NCBI GenBank assembly: GCA_024704765.1
Contig: JAKMXF010000110.1
Location: 1 to 64,000 of the forward strand
Length of the DNA: 64,000 bases
Source of the DNA: Oopsacas minuta
Lineage: Eukaryota; Animalia; Porifera
Reading direction: 5' to 3'
Within the stretch, counting starts at the first letter, position 1. Each line of letters starts with the position of its first letter. Positions 1 to 12,968 of this stretch are shown here, in pieces. The notes beneath the pieces are model-generated. The model ran no database searches and was not told the DNA's origin. It saw nothing but the letters and a program-made list of their open reading frames with translations. A program made the translations under genes and the position numbers.

Positions 1-2
1 TG

Positions 3-359
3 AAAGATGACCTGATTCATAAATTGAAACAATCTTATAACAAAAGTAAAGATTACATGAAATATATTAATAAAGTTGTCTATAATTCTAATCCTAATGT
101 AACTCTTTCAGCTGGAGCAGAGTATGCAAACTCTCTAAAGTTCGATCTCCCTTACTTTGCTAATATGTCTTTAGGACTCAGAAAATCTGACACTGCCGTC
201 ATACGTAGATTCAGTCCGAGTCAATTCAACCAATTTAAGGAATTATTACGCTTTTTTAGTGACAATTCATTTGAATTATATTTATATTTGCTTGATTTCA
301 TTTATACATACATATTCACTTTATTACACTATTTAGATTTCCCACAACACCAGTGGTAA
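3..359 (+). CDS. Unidentified open frame running off the left edge (possible exon or 3' part of a gene)
   Basis: The frame is open from base 3 (KDDLIHKLKQSYN...) to TAA at 357-359. No recognisable motif. A possible further exon lies at about 337-444 (tttag|ATT...GAG|gttatg). Confidence 0.25.
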   Translation, partial: KDDLIHKLKQSYNKSKDYMKYINKVVYNSNPNVTLSAGAEYANSLKFDLPYFANMSLGLRKSDTAVIRRFSPSQFNQFKELLRFFSDNSFELYLYLLDFIYTYIFTLLHYLDFPQHQW

Positions 360-806
360 TATATTTGTTCTATATTCGTCCATTATTGTGTGTACAGTAA
401 TGAGCGTTGGAAAATGGAGCTCTGGTGCTACCCAATTTCATGAGGTTATGAAACCAGTTTAAACTTATAATCAGATCGCTAATTTACTATTTACTCAGGC
501 AGGGATGGATTAGGTTAATTACAGCTTTGAGAAAATATAATCAGTCAATCGAATAGTGTCGTTTCCACCATTTTCTTCATTATTCCTAGGAGGCTTTGAT
601 AGCTACAAACAATGTACAAACGAATTCTGCTAGTCAAGTATACGTATACGATACGATACAATGGCAATTTTAAGTCCTCATTCTCAAATTTCAATCCTTG
701 AGAAGCGTTACATAACGTATGAACATTCCATGTTTCATCATTTCACAATCTAGATATAATTATTCTAGTTTTTCTCTAATGACAAATACGTAATAACTTT
801 TTTCTG

Positions 807-1627
807 ATGGATAATACAAGTACTTGTATAAGTTCACCAAAAGAACTTTTTGGATTTTCACTTGGGGACCAGAAAGATAAATATGAGAAACGACCTTTTT
901 TAAGTACACCAAGAGGAATAGCACTCGATGAAGATGCCGGTATAATTTATGTGTGTGAAATGGTTGAGAAGAGTATTCATGTTTTTACGATGGACGGTAG
1001 CCATATTACTACATTCGGGAATACATTTTTTGATTTACCTTGGGGAATATTGCTATATGACGGTTACCTATTTGTGACAGACGTTGGAAGATCATCATTG
1101 ATAATGCTTCGAGATTGTAGAATGGATGAAGTTAATCGGGAAACGACACATTTCAAATTCTGTCGCGGAATGTCAATATCAAGTAAAACTGAAGAATTAT
1201 TTATAGCAGATGAAGGTAGAAATCGTGTAGTAGTGTGTACAATTGAACCTCTATGCTTCAAAAGAGTATTTGCTCGTGGGGTAATAAATCCCTTGATGTA
1301 GAGATTTCTAAAACAGACACTGTTTATGTCCTAAAAAATAACAACCCACCGATTCTCAAATACAATATGTCCGGTGAATTGCTAGGTAGTATTTTCCCAA
1401 AAGATGGCGCAATTGATGGAGCATGGTTTTTCTGTTTATCACCCAAAAATGATTATTTTATAATTAGTGATTACAGTGCAATGAAGGTAAGAATATATGG
1501 TCAACAAATTTTAATGCGAACGATTAAATTTAAATCTTGTGTATTTGGCGTGGCTATCACCTCAGATTTAAAGATTATTGTTGGGTCTTACTCTATTAAT
1601 AAGATGATGGTATTTACAATGATGTGA
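807..1627 (+). CDS. Stand-alone NHL-repeat (beta-propeller) protein with a single frameshift at about 1290-1292
   Basis: ORF 807-1301 has NHL repeats (PRGIALDEDAGIIYVCE; PWGILLYDGYLFVTD; CRGMSISSKTEELFIADEGRNRVVV). ORF 1253-1627 continues them (LDVEIS...; WFFCLSPKNDYFIISD; VFGVAITSDLKIIV). One extra C in the CCC run joins the frames as ...GVINP-LDVEISK. Confidence 0.75.
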
Positions 1628-3244
1628 ATTATTTGATTACAATTTCTTTTTGAGATTATATTTATACACCAAAGAATATTTGTTATACACTAGCACTCGG
1701 TTGATACGCATATCTTCTTACAAGCATAAAATTTATTGTTCATTCATTTTAACGCAATATCTATTCAGATTGGACATACACTCGGATAGTTCGACAAGCT
1801 TTGCCGGTGTATCAATTACGTTTCATTATTTCGTACACAGAGAATGATTACGTTTTTACAGCTTACAATATCATTAATACTTGTTTGAAACTCTAGTTTT
1901 CGGTGAAGACACCAAAGCAACAATTTTCCCTGACACCGTAAATAATTAAAGACACCAGAGCAAATATTACTTTTAATAATTATGTGAGAATTTGTGGTAT
2001 TTTATCTGAACTCCATCATACTTAATCTAAAATGTGTTTCTAAGTCTTTATTTCAAGCGCAATAAGACATAAACAAATATTTCAGGTCATGGGCTCATGG
2101 TCCCTGACCCATAGGCGTAACCAATGTATGTGTTTTTGCCCCCGAGTTAGGCCCAAGGCCGCACCAATTGTATTCATGAGCCAAGAAGTGTGTATGAAGC
2201 TTTAGGCTATTGCAAATGAGGCAGATAATTATCTATGCTTACTTCTCAATGAATTTTCAGTCTTAACAATTCTCATCACTATTATAATTTACTATTATCA
2301 TTAGATGATATATTATCTTGGGAGAATATTCTTACTTAAAGAATTCGTTCAGGAGTAGTCTCTCTCTTAGGAAGCGGTCTGGACTGGTCTTTCACAAATG
2401 TATATAAAAGCTCGAGATTTGTTGATATACAGGTCCGAACAATTAGCTTCGATTGTGGATAATATTTAAGAGAGATTAACAAAACCATATAGTTAAAGAG
2501 CTGAAATGTCGTCCAATACGAATACAAGCTATTATTATCGTAGGTTGAAAGTCTACGAGGATTAGAGCTTATGTTCGAGATGAACGTAAACACCATTAAA
2601 ATCTTTCCATTATTGGATTTGTAGAGCAAAATTCCTATTAAATTCTTTAGAACTATTTCTCCAGGTATGACTTACACGATCTTCGGACTTACTATTTAGG
2701 TTTTAACAGTTCCCTCAGTCTGAAATTTCTTAACTCAATCCTGAGTTCTCGATTTCCAGGGCGCATTTTTGACATCGAAAATATGCAAATTTTTGTGTAA
2801 TTTCCTTGAATCCGCGATTTCAAAAATTCTCTGAACTCAAAAACTTTTACTGAAAACTCTATTTCTCCGTCTTTGGATTATCTAACATATGTTTAAATAG
2901 AATAATTGTAATATTATTGCTTTGTTGGACTAATAGTTCCTAGGTGGCCTCAAATGTGCGCGGGACCCCGTTTGTTTTGGCCCACCCGGTATTTAAGAGA
3001 TTCTAATCCTGAGAAATGTCAGGTGTTGCCTCATCTCCCTATTGTAATCGCTATTATATTGAGGCAAATATCCATCCTTGCCTCCTCGCTCTGGGATCTC
3101 TAGTTACGCCTCTCTAGGTGCTATTGAAGAGGGAGTAGTATTCTAAGTAACTATTAAGTTTATTATACTCATTATTTATTATTATTCAATAGTGGACAAA
3201 TGAGTGAATTAACTAATTCTGCCAATAGGCTTTATGTTTACTGC

Positions 3245-3285
3245 TCAAATACAGTAGAACGTCAGTTACGTTCTACTGTATTTGA
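3245..3285. repeat. Perfect palindrome (18-bp arms, 5-nt loop), collapsed remnant of the CAGTAGAAC TA-TSD MITE family
   Basis: tcaaatacagtagaacgt-cagtt-acgttctactgtatttga. The arm core matches the termini of the elements at 54051 and 63643. Confidence 0.8.
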
Positions 3286-4018
3286 AATTTTGTCATGATA
3301 TTATCAGTGTATGGGAAGTCGGATATATACAATATGATGGCCATCCTGATTTTACAATAATTTCCATGATTATCGAGTTATAAGTTTATATTGTCAAAAC
3401 ATGTGCTATCCATGGTATGTGGTATAACTCAGGAACTTGCTTACTTTATCATGACAAAATTATATATTTTGTGTAGAAACGATTTTAGAACATTTCTTAT
3501 TTCAACATTTAATCAAATATCAATATTTAACGTTCTACATGGTTTTAAAGATGGAGCATTTTTTGAAAATTCGCTGAATTATTGATTACAAAATATATAA
3601 TTTGGCTTATTTTGACATAAGTTTTGCTTTTATGCAATGATTACATGTATTTCTAGCATATAATACATCCATTTGGCCCAAAGTGCATTGTTTCTGAGAT
3701 ATGCACTCCAGCATAATAATCCTAAACTCCTTTAACCAATCTCTGGTCAAAGAAAAAAGTTGGTGTCATTGCCTTAGTGTATTAGAATGCTATGCCTCAT
3801 GCAATAGTAGGTATGCGGATAAATAATTCTTGGGTAGATGGAATGACGATACTGTTAAGGACAGTTCAAATCTCTCGGATTGGATTTGCTGATTCCCGGT
3901 AGACTGGGAGGGTTAGCAACCCTATCCAAACCCCCTTGGCCCCATCAAGTTCGGATAATTGACTTCTACTGTAATATCTATTTTATAATTATCACTAGTC
4001 TTAGTGAGATAATTCAGA

Positions 4019-4972
4019 ATGAATGTGAATGGGAAATTATCACAAAAGGCAAAGTGTACTAGTGATTACGAGCTCCTGTGTGCAGTATTCTCTCCTTCAG
4101 GCGATCTGATGTGTGGGGGCTGTCTAGACGGGAACCTTGAGGTATACACACCACTAGACGGTAAGCTACAGAAGAAATGTAACGATAATCCTCCTGAGAA
4201 ATCCTTCCCAATCTCATGTATACGATTCCGCCCTAAACTGAACCATGTACTGGTTTCTCACTCTAGCGGGGAGGTCAAACTCTGGGATATCTCTGCTAAT
4301 GTATGCATCAATTCTACGAAGGAGAATAGACAAGGCATGACTAATTCATGGTCAGAGGATGCCAATTGCTTCGTTACCACTGGAGTGGATAAGAATGTGA
4401 ATATTTATGATGCGAAATCGTGTCAGATTGGCTGTAGCGTGGTACACACTGGTGTGAAGGGAAATGAGATATGTGGTGATCAACCGAGGGTATTTTCCGC
4501 GAAATTCTTACCCGGTGACTCAACTGCGCTTATTACAGCAGGATGGGACGGCACTATAAAGTTCTGGGACCTGAGGAGCCCTGGAAACTTTATCCGCGAG
4601 ATTACAGGACCAGTGATAGCTTCTGATGCTCTGGACGTAGAGCCGACGAGCAAATACATTCTAACAGGCTCATTCAGGAAGTCTAGAGCATGTCAGGTGC
4701 ATGCGTGGGAGGACGGGAAAGAGTTAGCTACACTGGGAGATGGGATGATGTCACAGGGGTATTCCGTGTGCTGGGTGGGGCCCAGTATGGTTATGTTTGG
4801 AGGAGGATATCGTAACCTAATGAAAGTGATAAAAACCGCGGATAACGAAGTCGTCGGAGAGGTCCTGGAAGTTCCTGAGGTAGTGTACAGTGTAGACTAC
4901 ACAGCTGCTGGAGGAAACTTGGTATCCATGGTTACAGGAAAAGATATCTATGTGTATCAGCTGGCTTTGTAA
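4019..4972 (+). CDS. Intronless WD40-repeat protein (317 aa)
   Basis: WD-like motifs (VKLWDIS, VNIYDAK, RVFSAKF...ITAGWDGTIKFWDLR, DALDV). Long ORF with raised GC relative to flanks. Confidence 0.9.
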   Translation: MNVNGKLSQKAKCTSDYELLCAVFSPSGDLMCGGCLDGNLEVYTPLDGKLQKKCNDNPPEKSFPISCIRFRPKLNHVLVSHSSGEVKLWDISANVCINSTKENRQGMTNSWSEDANCFVTTGVDKNVNIYDAKSCQIGCSVVHTGVKGNEICGDQPRVFSAKFLPGDSTALITAGWDGTIKFWDLRSPGNFIREITGPVIASDALDVEPTSKYILTGSFRKSRACQVHAWEDGKELATLGDGMMSQGYSVCWVGPSMVMFGGGYRNLMKVIKTADNEVVGEVLEVPEVVYSVDYTAAGGNLVSMVTGKDIYVYQLAL

Positions 4973-6366
4973 TTTATTGTTCAATTGCTATAGAAAATGC
5001 TTTAGTTTTTAGTTGTAACATCTAGTATACTATGCATTTAAGTTATGTTTGTATTGTTCTAGTAGTTTGGTAATAGTATGCCAATCTCAATCTGATAAAT
5101 ATATAATTCTGTTGACATACTTACTATAGCCAACTCTAATTGTATTGAAGCTTAATGAACCGTGATAATATATACTTCAATATAATCGATGAAATTGACG
5201 GTTTCGGTCCGTATTTACATAATTTAAGACTTCGATATAGAGGGTATTCTCATATATCCGTGTTCGATATTACGGGTGTTGACTGTATTCTCTTTATGTA
5301 CAGCATGAACAGTGGTTGAGATGTCTCCGCCTATTTGGTTGTGTCATTACCAGATTAGTACTAATTATTATTCGCTTAGTTTCCAACCTATGAATTAGAA
5401 ATGGCACTTGTAGTATTTAGTGATAATTTCACCGAAAAGTGTGTCCCGTGCTGACATCATCGATATTCGATACAAATCAACAATTCAGAATGCCTTTCTA
5501 CTTTCAATCAAGTTCTTGTCACTTTATAATCATTACATTTGTACAATCATATATTCTTAATTTTTATGTGAAATAACATTTCTATGTCATTAATTTCGTA
5601 TTCTACCAATAAGGTAATGTAGACAATTCCATTGCGTCAGAACGAAGGCAAGGTTCATATATCATAATCATTTTAAAAATTAATTATAATCGTAGAATGC
5701 AGTGCTCGATGAATCAGTTGGTTTGGTGGCTATAGCCACAAAAAAACCCCCGTGTATTTGGCTTACTTATGAAACCACGGAAATTCAATTCTGTCAACCG
5801 CTGGTAGAATGTAAATCCCTAGTATCCAAATCTTAATGGGATACTAAGGCTATTTCAACAAATATCATACGTTGTCTACGTAGTTATTTCTTGTACTATT
5901 TGTTATTTTCGTGTTTTCATCATTGGTATTGTTCGTTATTACAATAGTTATATTTTCTTTGATTCCTATTCAATTCTATGTATATTCTTTTATTCTTTAG
6001 TTTTGTTTTCTATGTAAGTTTTAGGCAGGACTTTTTCATAAAGGCCATTTACTTTAGTATTAGATAGCCTAATTTCTCACGATTTGAGGGACTACCATAT
6101 ATCTGAGCAAGCAGATTATTAGTACGTACTACGTAGTATATTATATTATGAACTTGACCATAGCTATGACTGTACATATCACCAATACATGTAACAAACA
6201 GTCGTGACCTACGTATTACATCTAATAGTACCCGAGGCGTTTATTCATTGTTACACGTCAAAGGGGACGGAGCCAGATTGAGGGCAATTATTGAGGTAGC
6301 GTGTATATGGAAATAAACGATTAATCTAAAGGGAGTCTGAGGATTAGTTTTATGATATTGTAAGTG

Positions 6367-6525
6367 CAGTGGTTCCTAACTTGGGGTCTATGGACCCCTT
6401 GTTGGTCCACGGACGACAGCAGGTGGCCCACAGGATCTATTGTAGTCTATGGGGAGGGATCCACTCCATAGGATAGGTTAAAATTGGTATAGGGGGTCCA
6501 CGGCTGAAAATGTTAGGAACCTCTG
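6367..6525. mobile_element. hAT-like MITE, older copy
   Basis: TIRs cagtggttcctaac / gttaggaacctctg. Shares ttgggg(t)c(c/t)atggacc with the element at 20975-21076 in the opposite orientation. TSD is degenerate. Confidence 0.65.
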
Positions 6526-6706
6526 TTTTAGTTCGTGTAAGACGATACATTTATTGTTTTCTTTTGAATATATATTCGATATTGTATTTACAATTTAATG
6601 TATACCTGCTGAATAATTGCTAAGGTGTATATTTAACGTGTATTAGGTATAATACATCAAACGCAGGGATGGCTGTTAACAGCTAGATTTCCAAACAATT
6701 ACTATA

Positions 6707-7164
6707 CAGTGGAGTCTCCCAATAACGGACACACTGGGAATTAGATTTTGTCCTTTGTAGGTGAGATGTCCGCTTCTCAGTGATAATTAAGTATTATTTA
6801 CATGCAGGGCTGTATTAACTCATTTTAGATAATGAGTTGGCTGAATCAACTCATTTTACGCATATTTTTCTTTCGGTTTATTATGTTAATGATCTCTGAT
6901 ACGGTAATAGTAAATTGTCTTGTGAAGAAAAACCATAGTTGATTCCAACCATTCAATGTCTATCAGACTGCATTTATATTCCTAATCATGTAACACAATT
7001 TGAGTTGAATGAGTTGGTAGAAAAATATGAGTAAATTTTGCCAACTCAAAATGAGTTGATACAGCCCTGTTTACATGTATTATTAACTTATTTCGTTCGA
7101 CGAGCTTGTCCGTTGTAGAGGTGTTGTCCGCTCTACGGAGTGTCCGTTTTGGGAGACTCTACTC
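6707..7164. mobile_element. Tc1/mariner-like MITE (TA TSD) interrupted by a nested hAT MITE
   Basis: ta|cagtggagtctcccaataacggacac ... gtgtccgttttgggagactctactc|ta. Confidence 0.75.
6805..7069. mobile_element. hAT-like MITE with 22-bp TIRs and a perfect 8-bp TSD
   Basis: TIRs cagggctgtattaactcatttt / aaaatgagttgatacagccctg (1 mismatch). TSD tttacatg at 6797-6804 and 7070-7077. Confidence 0.9.
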
Positions 7165-7679
7165 TAGTTTAGCCTAACTGTCATTTGTTTTTACTCCTAT
7201 TTTTGCTTTTAACATTCAAAATGTTATTGCAGAAATCAGTCAAAATTTACGTCACCAAAATTTGTATACCATACACGTATTATTCGTAATATATTATTAT
7301 CATTGAAAGACATACCAAATCAGAAATTGGATGTTTATTAACTCATTTATTCAATACTAGTCTATAATGTTGCCTCATAACTGTAACAATGGCATAACTT
7401 AGGTCAATACGCATGAGTTACAGAAAACAACATAATTAGTCATGTTGTCCAATTCAGTCCAAGTTTGGCATATACGTAATGAATACATTGAATATGTCAG
7501 ATTACTGGCGGATAATATACAAATGATTAGGCTTTCCTCAATATGAGAATAGAAATTCAATTCTATGACTAACGTGGCAAGTCTTGTGCAAGTATGTATG
7601 AATGTTTCACTTTCGGAACAATGTATGTCGAGTATTTATAGAGAGAGCTGAGAGCGTACCTATACAAAAGTAAGCTTAG

Positions 7680-8828
7680 ATGAATACCAATGCATTATTG
7701 ATTACTTCAAACAATGGTAGTTTGTTCGAAATTCCCAGCCTGGTGGACAAGTGGAACGCGGAGCTAGGGAAATTAGTGACGCTGCACAATCCAGGTCTCA
7801 TAGCTGTACATTTACAAGAATTGGGTGGGAAAGATTGGAAGAGAGATATGAACAAAGTAGATAAGAGTCGTGAGGATCTATTGAAGGCTGATTATCTATG
7901 TGAATACACTCGTAGCGTATGGTATTTCGATAAGAATTTCGCTAACGGCGAAACATTCACAGCATTAGGCAGTGTGTATATGTTTCACAAGAGTCTTCCT
8001 GAAATAAAAATATACAATCTCAAAACTAAATCATTTGACGTCATTGCAATGGGTACCCATGAAATGTATGACAACATTCACATCAGTCCATATTGTCATG
8101 TTATTAGATTCCCAAATGAGTTCTTCCCACAGTGTCCCAATTGGACAAGAAAAGGGTTTATCTATACAAGATGGACGATAGGTGGCAAGCCATTGGAGCT
8201 GATTAACATTCATATATTCCATGACGCTGACAACCGTATCTCACTCAAGGAATCGCCTTCACTATACAGCTACAATAGGAAGAAAGCATTAGAGCACTCT
8301 CTGAAGGTATTCTCTCAAATCAGTCCGTTTGAGTGTCCGTCATTTGTTTTTGGAGATTTTAATTTCCGACAGGACCAGTGTTTGGTCATGAGCCATCTGC
8401 TGGAGAATGGATTTGTTCCTGCAGGTGAGCATAGCGAGGAATCTGTGCAGTTAGAACATCCTAATGGAGATTATCTTAAAGTACAAGTCAAGAAATTCTT
8501 ATTAAAATGTGAAGCTCTAACAAGCAATGGATTTATGAATATGCGCAAATTCGATACGGAATTTGCCTCGTTCAAAGATGTACTCTTTGAGCTACCAATC
8601 AAGTTCTCTCCTTCCTACCCTCTGTCTGAAGACCCAGAAAAACCGGATATCTACAATGAGACACGAGCACCCTCATGGTGTGACCGTATACTGATGAACA
8701 AGCTTGCACATGACACGATTACAAAAGAAGCAAAAGATAGCCAATATTTTAGAGCTGGGAACGGAGTATGCTTGGGTGATCATAAACCTATCTGTCTGAC
8801 GTTTAATCTAGCTGATGTATTGAAATAA
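7680..8828 (+). CDS. INPP5A: Type I inositol-1,4,5-trisphosphate 5-phosphatase, intronless (382 aa)
   Basis: 5-phosphatase motifs FGDFNFR and PSWCDRIL, GDHKPI, and the type I-like segments LITSNNGSLFE, HLQELGGK, WTRKGF, NIHIFHDADN. Confidence 0.9.
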   Translation: MNTNALLITSNNGSLFEIPSLVDKWNAELGKLVTLHNPGLIAVHLQELGGKDWKRDMNKVDKSREDLLKADYLCEYTRSVWYFDKNFANGETFTALGSVYMFHKSLPEIKIYNLKTKSFDVIAMGTHEMYDNIHISPYCHVIRFPNEFFPQCPNWTRKGFIYTRWTIGGKPLELINIHIFHDADNRISLKESPSLYSYNRKKALEHSLKVFSQISPFECPSFVFGDFNFRQDQCLVMSHLLENGFVPAGEHSEESVQLEHPNGDYLKVQVKKFLLKCEALTSNGFMNMRKFDTEFASFKDVLFELPIKFSPSYPLSEDPEKPDIYNETRAPSWCDRILMNKLAHDTITKEAKDSQYFRAGNGVCLGDHKPICLTFNLADVLK

Positions 8829-9043
8829 CCTGACAATTCAATTCTCTACTCAGCTATTTACCAACTCTCGCTACAGATCATATCCTGTCCTAGCTACAGC
8901 TGTTACTAACTAATAGGTTTAGAAATAATATTATTGCTATTAACATTCATAAAATACAATTGTAATTACTCGTCACTATATTAGTTATTCGATAATTCAT
9001 TATTAGAGAATAAGTTATTCTATCTAAAGTCTGCTAGGTAGTA

Positions 9044-12000
9044 TTATTTCAATTGTATAGAGGGTAGCACTGTACCCCTGCACTCTCCGAATCCAACTCT
9101 GTAACCTCCTCCCTGACAGTATCCTGTCATTACAACCTCATCTCCGTCCTTCAGGAATTTCCGTTCCTAAACGATTGAAATTATGAATAATTACTAGTTA
9201 TAATAGTATTGTAAGGCTTATTAATTAATAATTAAGTTCTAGCATTTAATATTACAGAATATAAATCATAAACTTATACGTACGTATATATTCAGTAAAT
9301 AATTTAATGTAACTTAAAATAATTACTAGTTTTTGCAAAGTCTTAATTCAAGCTACTACTGATATTTGTGTATTTTACTGACCTCCTCTGTTTGTACTCT
9401 GATTCCGAAATTACGACATTTTATGGATATATCCAACGAGTTTTCAGAATAAGATAACTTAGAGGAACGCTAATAATAAATTATTTTTGAGCCAAGTTGG
9501 TCTTAATTCCGAGATTACATGGATATATTTCTCTCGATACGGCCAAATGCAAATACTACTTGTATCTTAGTATATCTGTATTCTTATGTGCAAACCTCAG
9601 TATCTGTGAGCTTAACTGTCCTGGTTCCTTTCCAGCAGAGTTCCAGCATAGAGCCCAGTGAATCAGGAGTACTCCCACTGATGGTACCACTAGCTAGCAG
9701 ATCTCCTGGTCTCATGTTACACCCTGTTATGCTGTGATGAGCTAGTTGCTGCTTCATGCTCCAATACAAGTAGTTGAAGTTAGATCTAATGGAGTATATT
9801 ATATAATATCCGTTAGATTAAAAATATTTTACTGGAATAAATACTCAGGCCATAGAATTTGAGATAATTAATACATTTTCAGAGCATTTCTATTTCTATT
9901 ATTTGCATATGTTTGGATGATTTCTTTGAGTTTATTGTAAACTCTGAATATTTCTACTGTATTTCATAAATCCCAATACGTAATTAAGTTACCATTCATT
10001 GTTGGACGATAGCTATTCGGATAAGACATACACTCGGTTAGTACGTACTAATTTTGTTTTCCGAAGGGGTACAACAAAGATTGCGATTGCTATATTCATC
10101 CCAAGGGTGTTGTATATATTATAACTTTTTTAGTCACATATTTGGCATACAATCCTACCTGCAAACAGTAGAAGGTTTGTCCATATTGTCTCCTTTGATA
10201 GCTACCTCTAGGTTAATATTGAATGAGAATGGATCAGAATGCAATAAGTATGGGAGAGGTTTAGGATCTTTCTGTTCTGGATTGTTACATAAGAATGGCA
10301 TCAAAGCATCAATCGTCACTACCCATGGAGAAATACTGGTACCAAAGTTTTTAGCATTGAATGGTCCTAAAGGAACATATTCCCATTTCTGTATATCTCT
10401 AGCACTCCAATCATTCATCAATACCATCCCAAAAATGTGGTCCTGTGCACTTGAAATTGGTATCGGCTCACCTTGGTTATTTCCTGGTCCAACGAAGAAT
10501 GCCATCTCCAGTTCAAAGTCCATGAGTTTACATGGTCCAAATACCTTGTGAAAAAAATTAAATTATATCATTCTTTTAATACGCACAAATATAAAGGTAA
10601 CGATGATATAATTTTAATTAACGCTTAATATTTTATTATTCAAGTCTTTGTGGTTCCCATAGCTTCTAACTAATTCCTTCTTGACAAGATTTGTTATGCG
10701 CTCCTGCGCCTGCACTACACTCCCTAGCCAAAAGTATTGGAACACCATACCATTAATGACACATGTGGCATATGGTACATTACGAGAATATACGTACTGA
10801 ATAATCTGAAATATATCAGAAAAGGCGATTGTAATGATAAAAGTAATGATCGAAATATGATCACAGATGTTTGAAATTAATTTCCGCTTATACAACTAGA
10901 GTAAATTCATATTTGTGCCATGTGTCAATTGTGGCAGAGTATTCCAATACTTTTGGCCAGGGAGTGTATATAAATTGGCGTTTCAAATTGCTAGCGAATC
11001 TAATAATTATAAACTTTGATTTGGTAAATTATGGTAGAAATAACTCAATTTGTTCAATTAGTAACATTCCAATAGAAAGAAATATATCAAGTTAACGTGA
11101 AATTTCGTCAGTAGTAATAATAGATTCAGACACAATCATGTCAATAAGAAACTTTCGAAAAGGAAGATGAACCACAAAGCTTTCAATTTTCAGCTCAATT
11201 ATGAGATTTTAACCAATTGCAATCTTTATCGTGTTTGTTTACGAAATGACTTATCGCATTTTTTGAATATAAAGCTTATCTGATCAGTATCTCACAATTC
11301 TATAATTGGAGCAATAACAATTACCTAATTTAGTACTATTTTACGTACATAGTACTAAATTAGAGATTGATTCAAAAGCAATTTTACTGACTACATACGT
11401 GCTTACACTGTGGATGAATTGCAGCGACCACGAAAATACGAAAAGTTCGAGTTGTATCGCTGGACAACCTTATGTAAAACATACTAGAATATAACGAAAT
11501 GCTCGCTTATATCAAAGTAAATATTGTGGTCCCTGAGTTTTCTATATATGGGAGTTGGCTGTAGTTTACACACTATTAATATAAATTTCCTAGTAATAAC
11601 ATTGACGTTGTTGAGGTTTGTCATTAATAAATCAGCCACTGGCTAAAATTACTGATTAACGTACAGGAGGTTCAGCTTCATTTGGTTTAGTTTGGCCTTG
11701 CGGTCTCCTGATTGGAGTACCAGATATCACTACAGAACTAGATCTACCATGATATCCTACTGGTAGATGCAGCCAGTTGGGCATCAGAGCGTTATCAGGT
11801 CCACGAAACATTGTTCCTACGTTAGTGGCATGTTCCTTGCTTGAATAGAAATCTGTGTAATCACCTAATAATGAATAGTGGATAGTTTATAAATTATTTA
11901 TTGAATTACCGAAATATTTAATTTTATAGAACAAATTAAATTACCTATGTTAGCAGGTAAATGCATAGTAACGTCTCTCTGAGATAGAACTGCTATTTTT

Positions 12001-12968
12001 CTGAGATCATCAGCTGATTCTAGTCTGTTGTCAGAACCAGAGAGAAGGGCCTGAAGCGTAGCTCTGTTTAATTAACATTGTAAAGTATATGCTATCTCAT
12101 TCCAACTGCGAATACAGTAATTACAACTGTATGTTTGACTATATAGCTGTAATATACTTTGTTATAGTAAATTTGAATCTTATGTAGAATCGACCGTGGG
12201 AGGCTGGGAGCTAGTATGAATTGTTTTGTATCTGTGACTAATACCCATATACCATGAGCAGCGAAATGCAGGTCTGATCAGCATTTGCAACAAAAATTGT
12301 ATTCCATATAATAATACATGGTTATGTGACATCTCATTATTGAGAACATCGAATTCAATACAACATTCCACAAATATTTTCCTTGACAACGGACAAACAA
12401 ACTAACAAACACTAACACTAATTAGCACACAACAATCGAGTTTTAATAATATAGATTTGTTGGAATTGAATGTCTCAATCCCATTTATCTTAGTGAATTG
12501 TCAATAATTGTGTGAATGCCTAGTTCTTATATGTATATTTCTTGGAAATAAACTCGTACGTATATCATAGATTAATATTCCTTCGAAGTTATTTCGGCTA
12601 ATTAAGCGCAATAAACCGTACTGGTCTTATAAATTTAATATCGTAAGTTCGAAACAATTTTGAATATATAAGAAGCATAAATGAAAAGGAAATTAATAGA
12701 TAACTCGCCTTGCTTCTGTCCAAGCAGGTTTGCCTAAGCCCATAAACCCGTTCAGGACATTAGAAGTAAACACAGCTTGAGACTTGGAGAGGATAGGGCC
12801 AGTAAATAGATGAGATATTTTGCTAAGATCTAACACATACTCTCCTATAGCTACTCCTATTCTGTGTGTTGTGTCTGTAGCAGTAGAAAACACTCCAAAT
12901 GGCAGATTCTGAATAGGAAAGTCAGTTTTATCGCTACCTTCTATGAAACATTTCAAACTAGCTGCCAT
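9044..12968 (-). CDS. FAH: Fumarylacetoacetase, 6 exons, about 425 aa
   Basis: Exons 12968-12709, 12063-11945, 11864-11665, 10544-10159, 9785-9596, 9166-9044. Phases are consistent. Motifs [70 protein letters not shown]. Intron 1 has a GC donor. Confidence 0.95.

Noticed and set aside
2336-2664. 97-aa minus ORF and plus-strand exon-like pieces
   Set aside because: No recognisable homology, and the implied 39-nt intron is shorter than any supported intron here.
10614-11095. ORFs 10614-10895 and 10871-11095 in FAH intron 3 as nested genes
   Set aside because: Short, AT-rich and without motifs, unlike the genuine nested genes of 200 aa or more.
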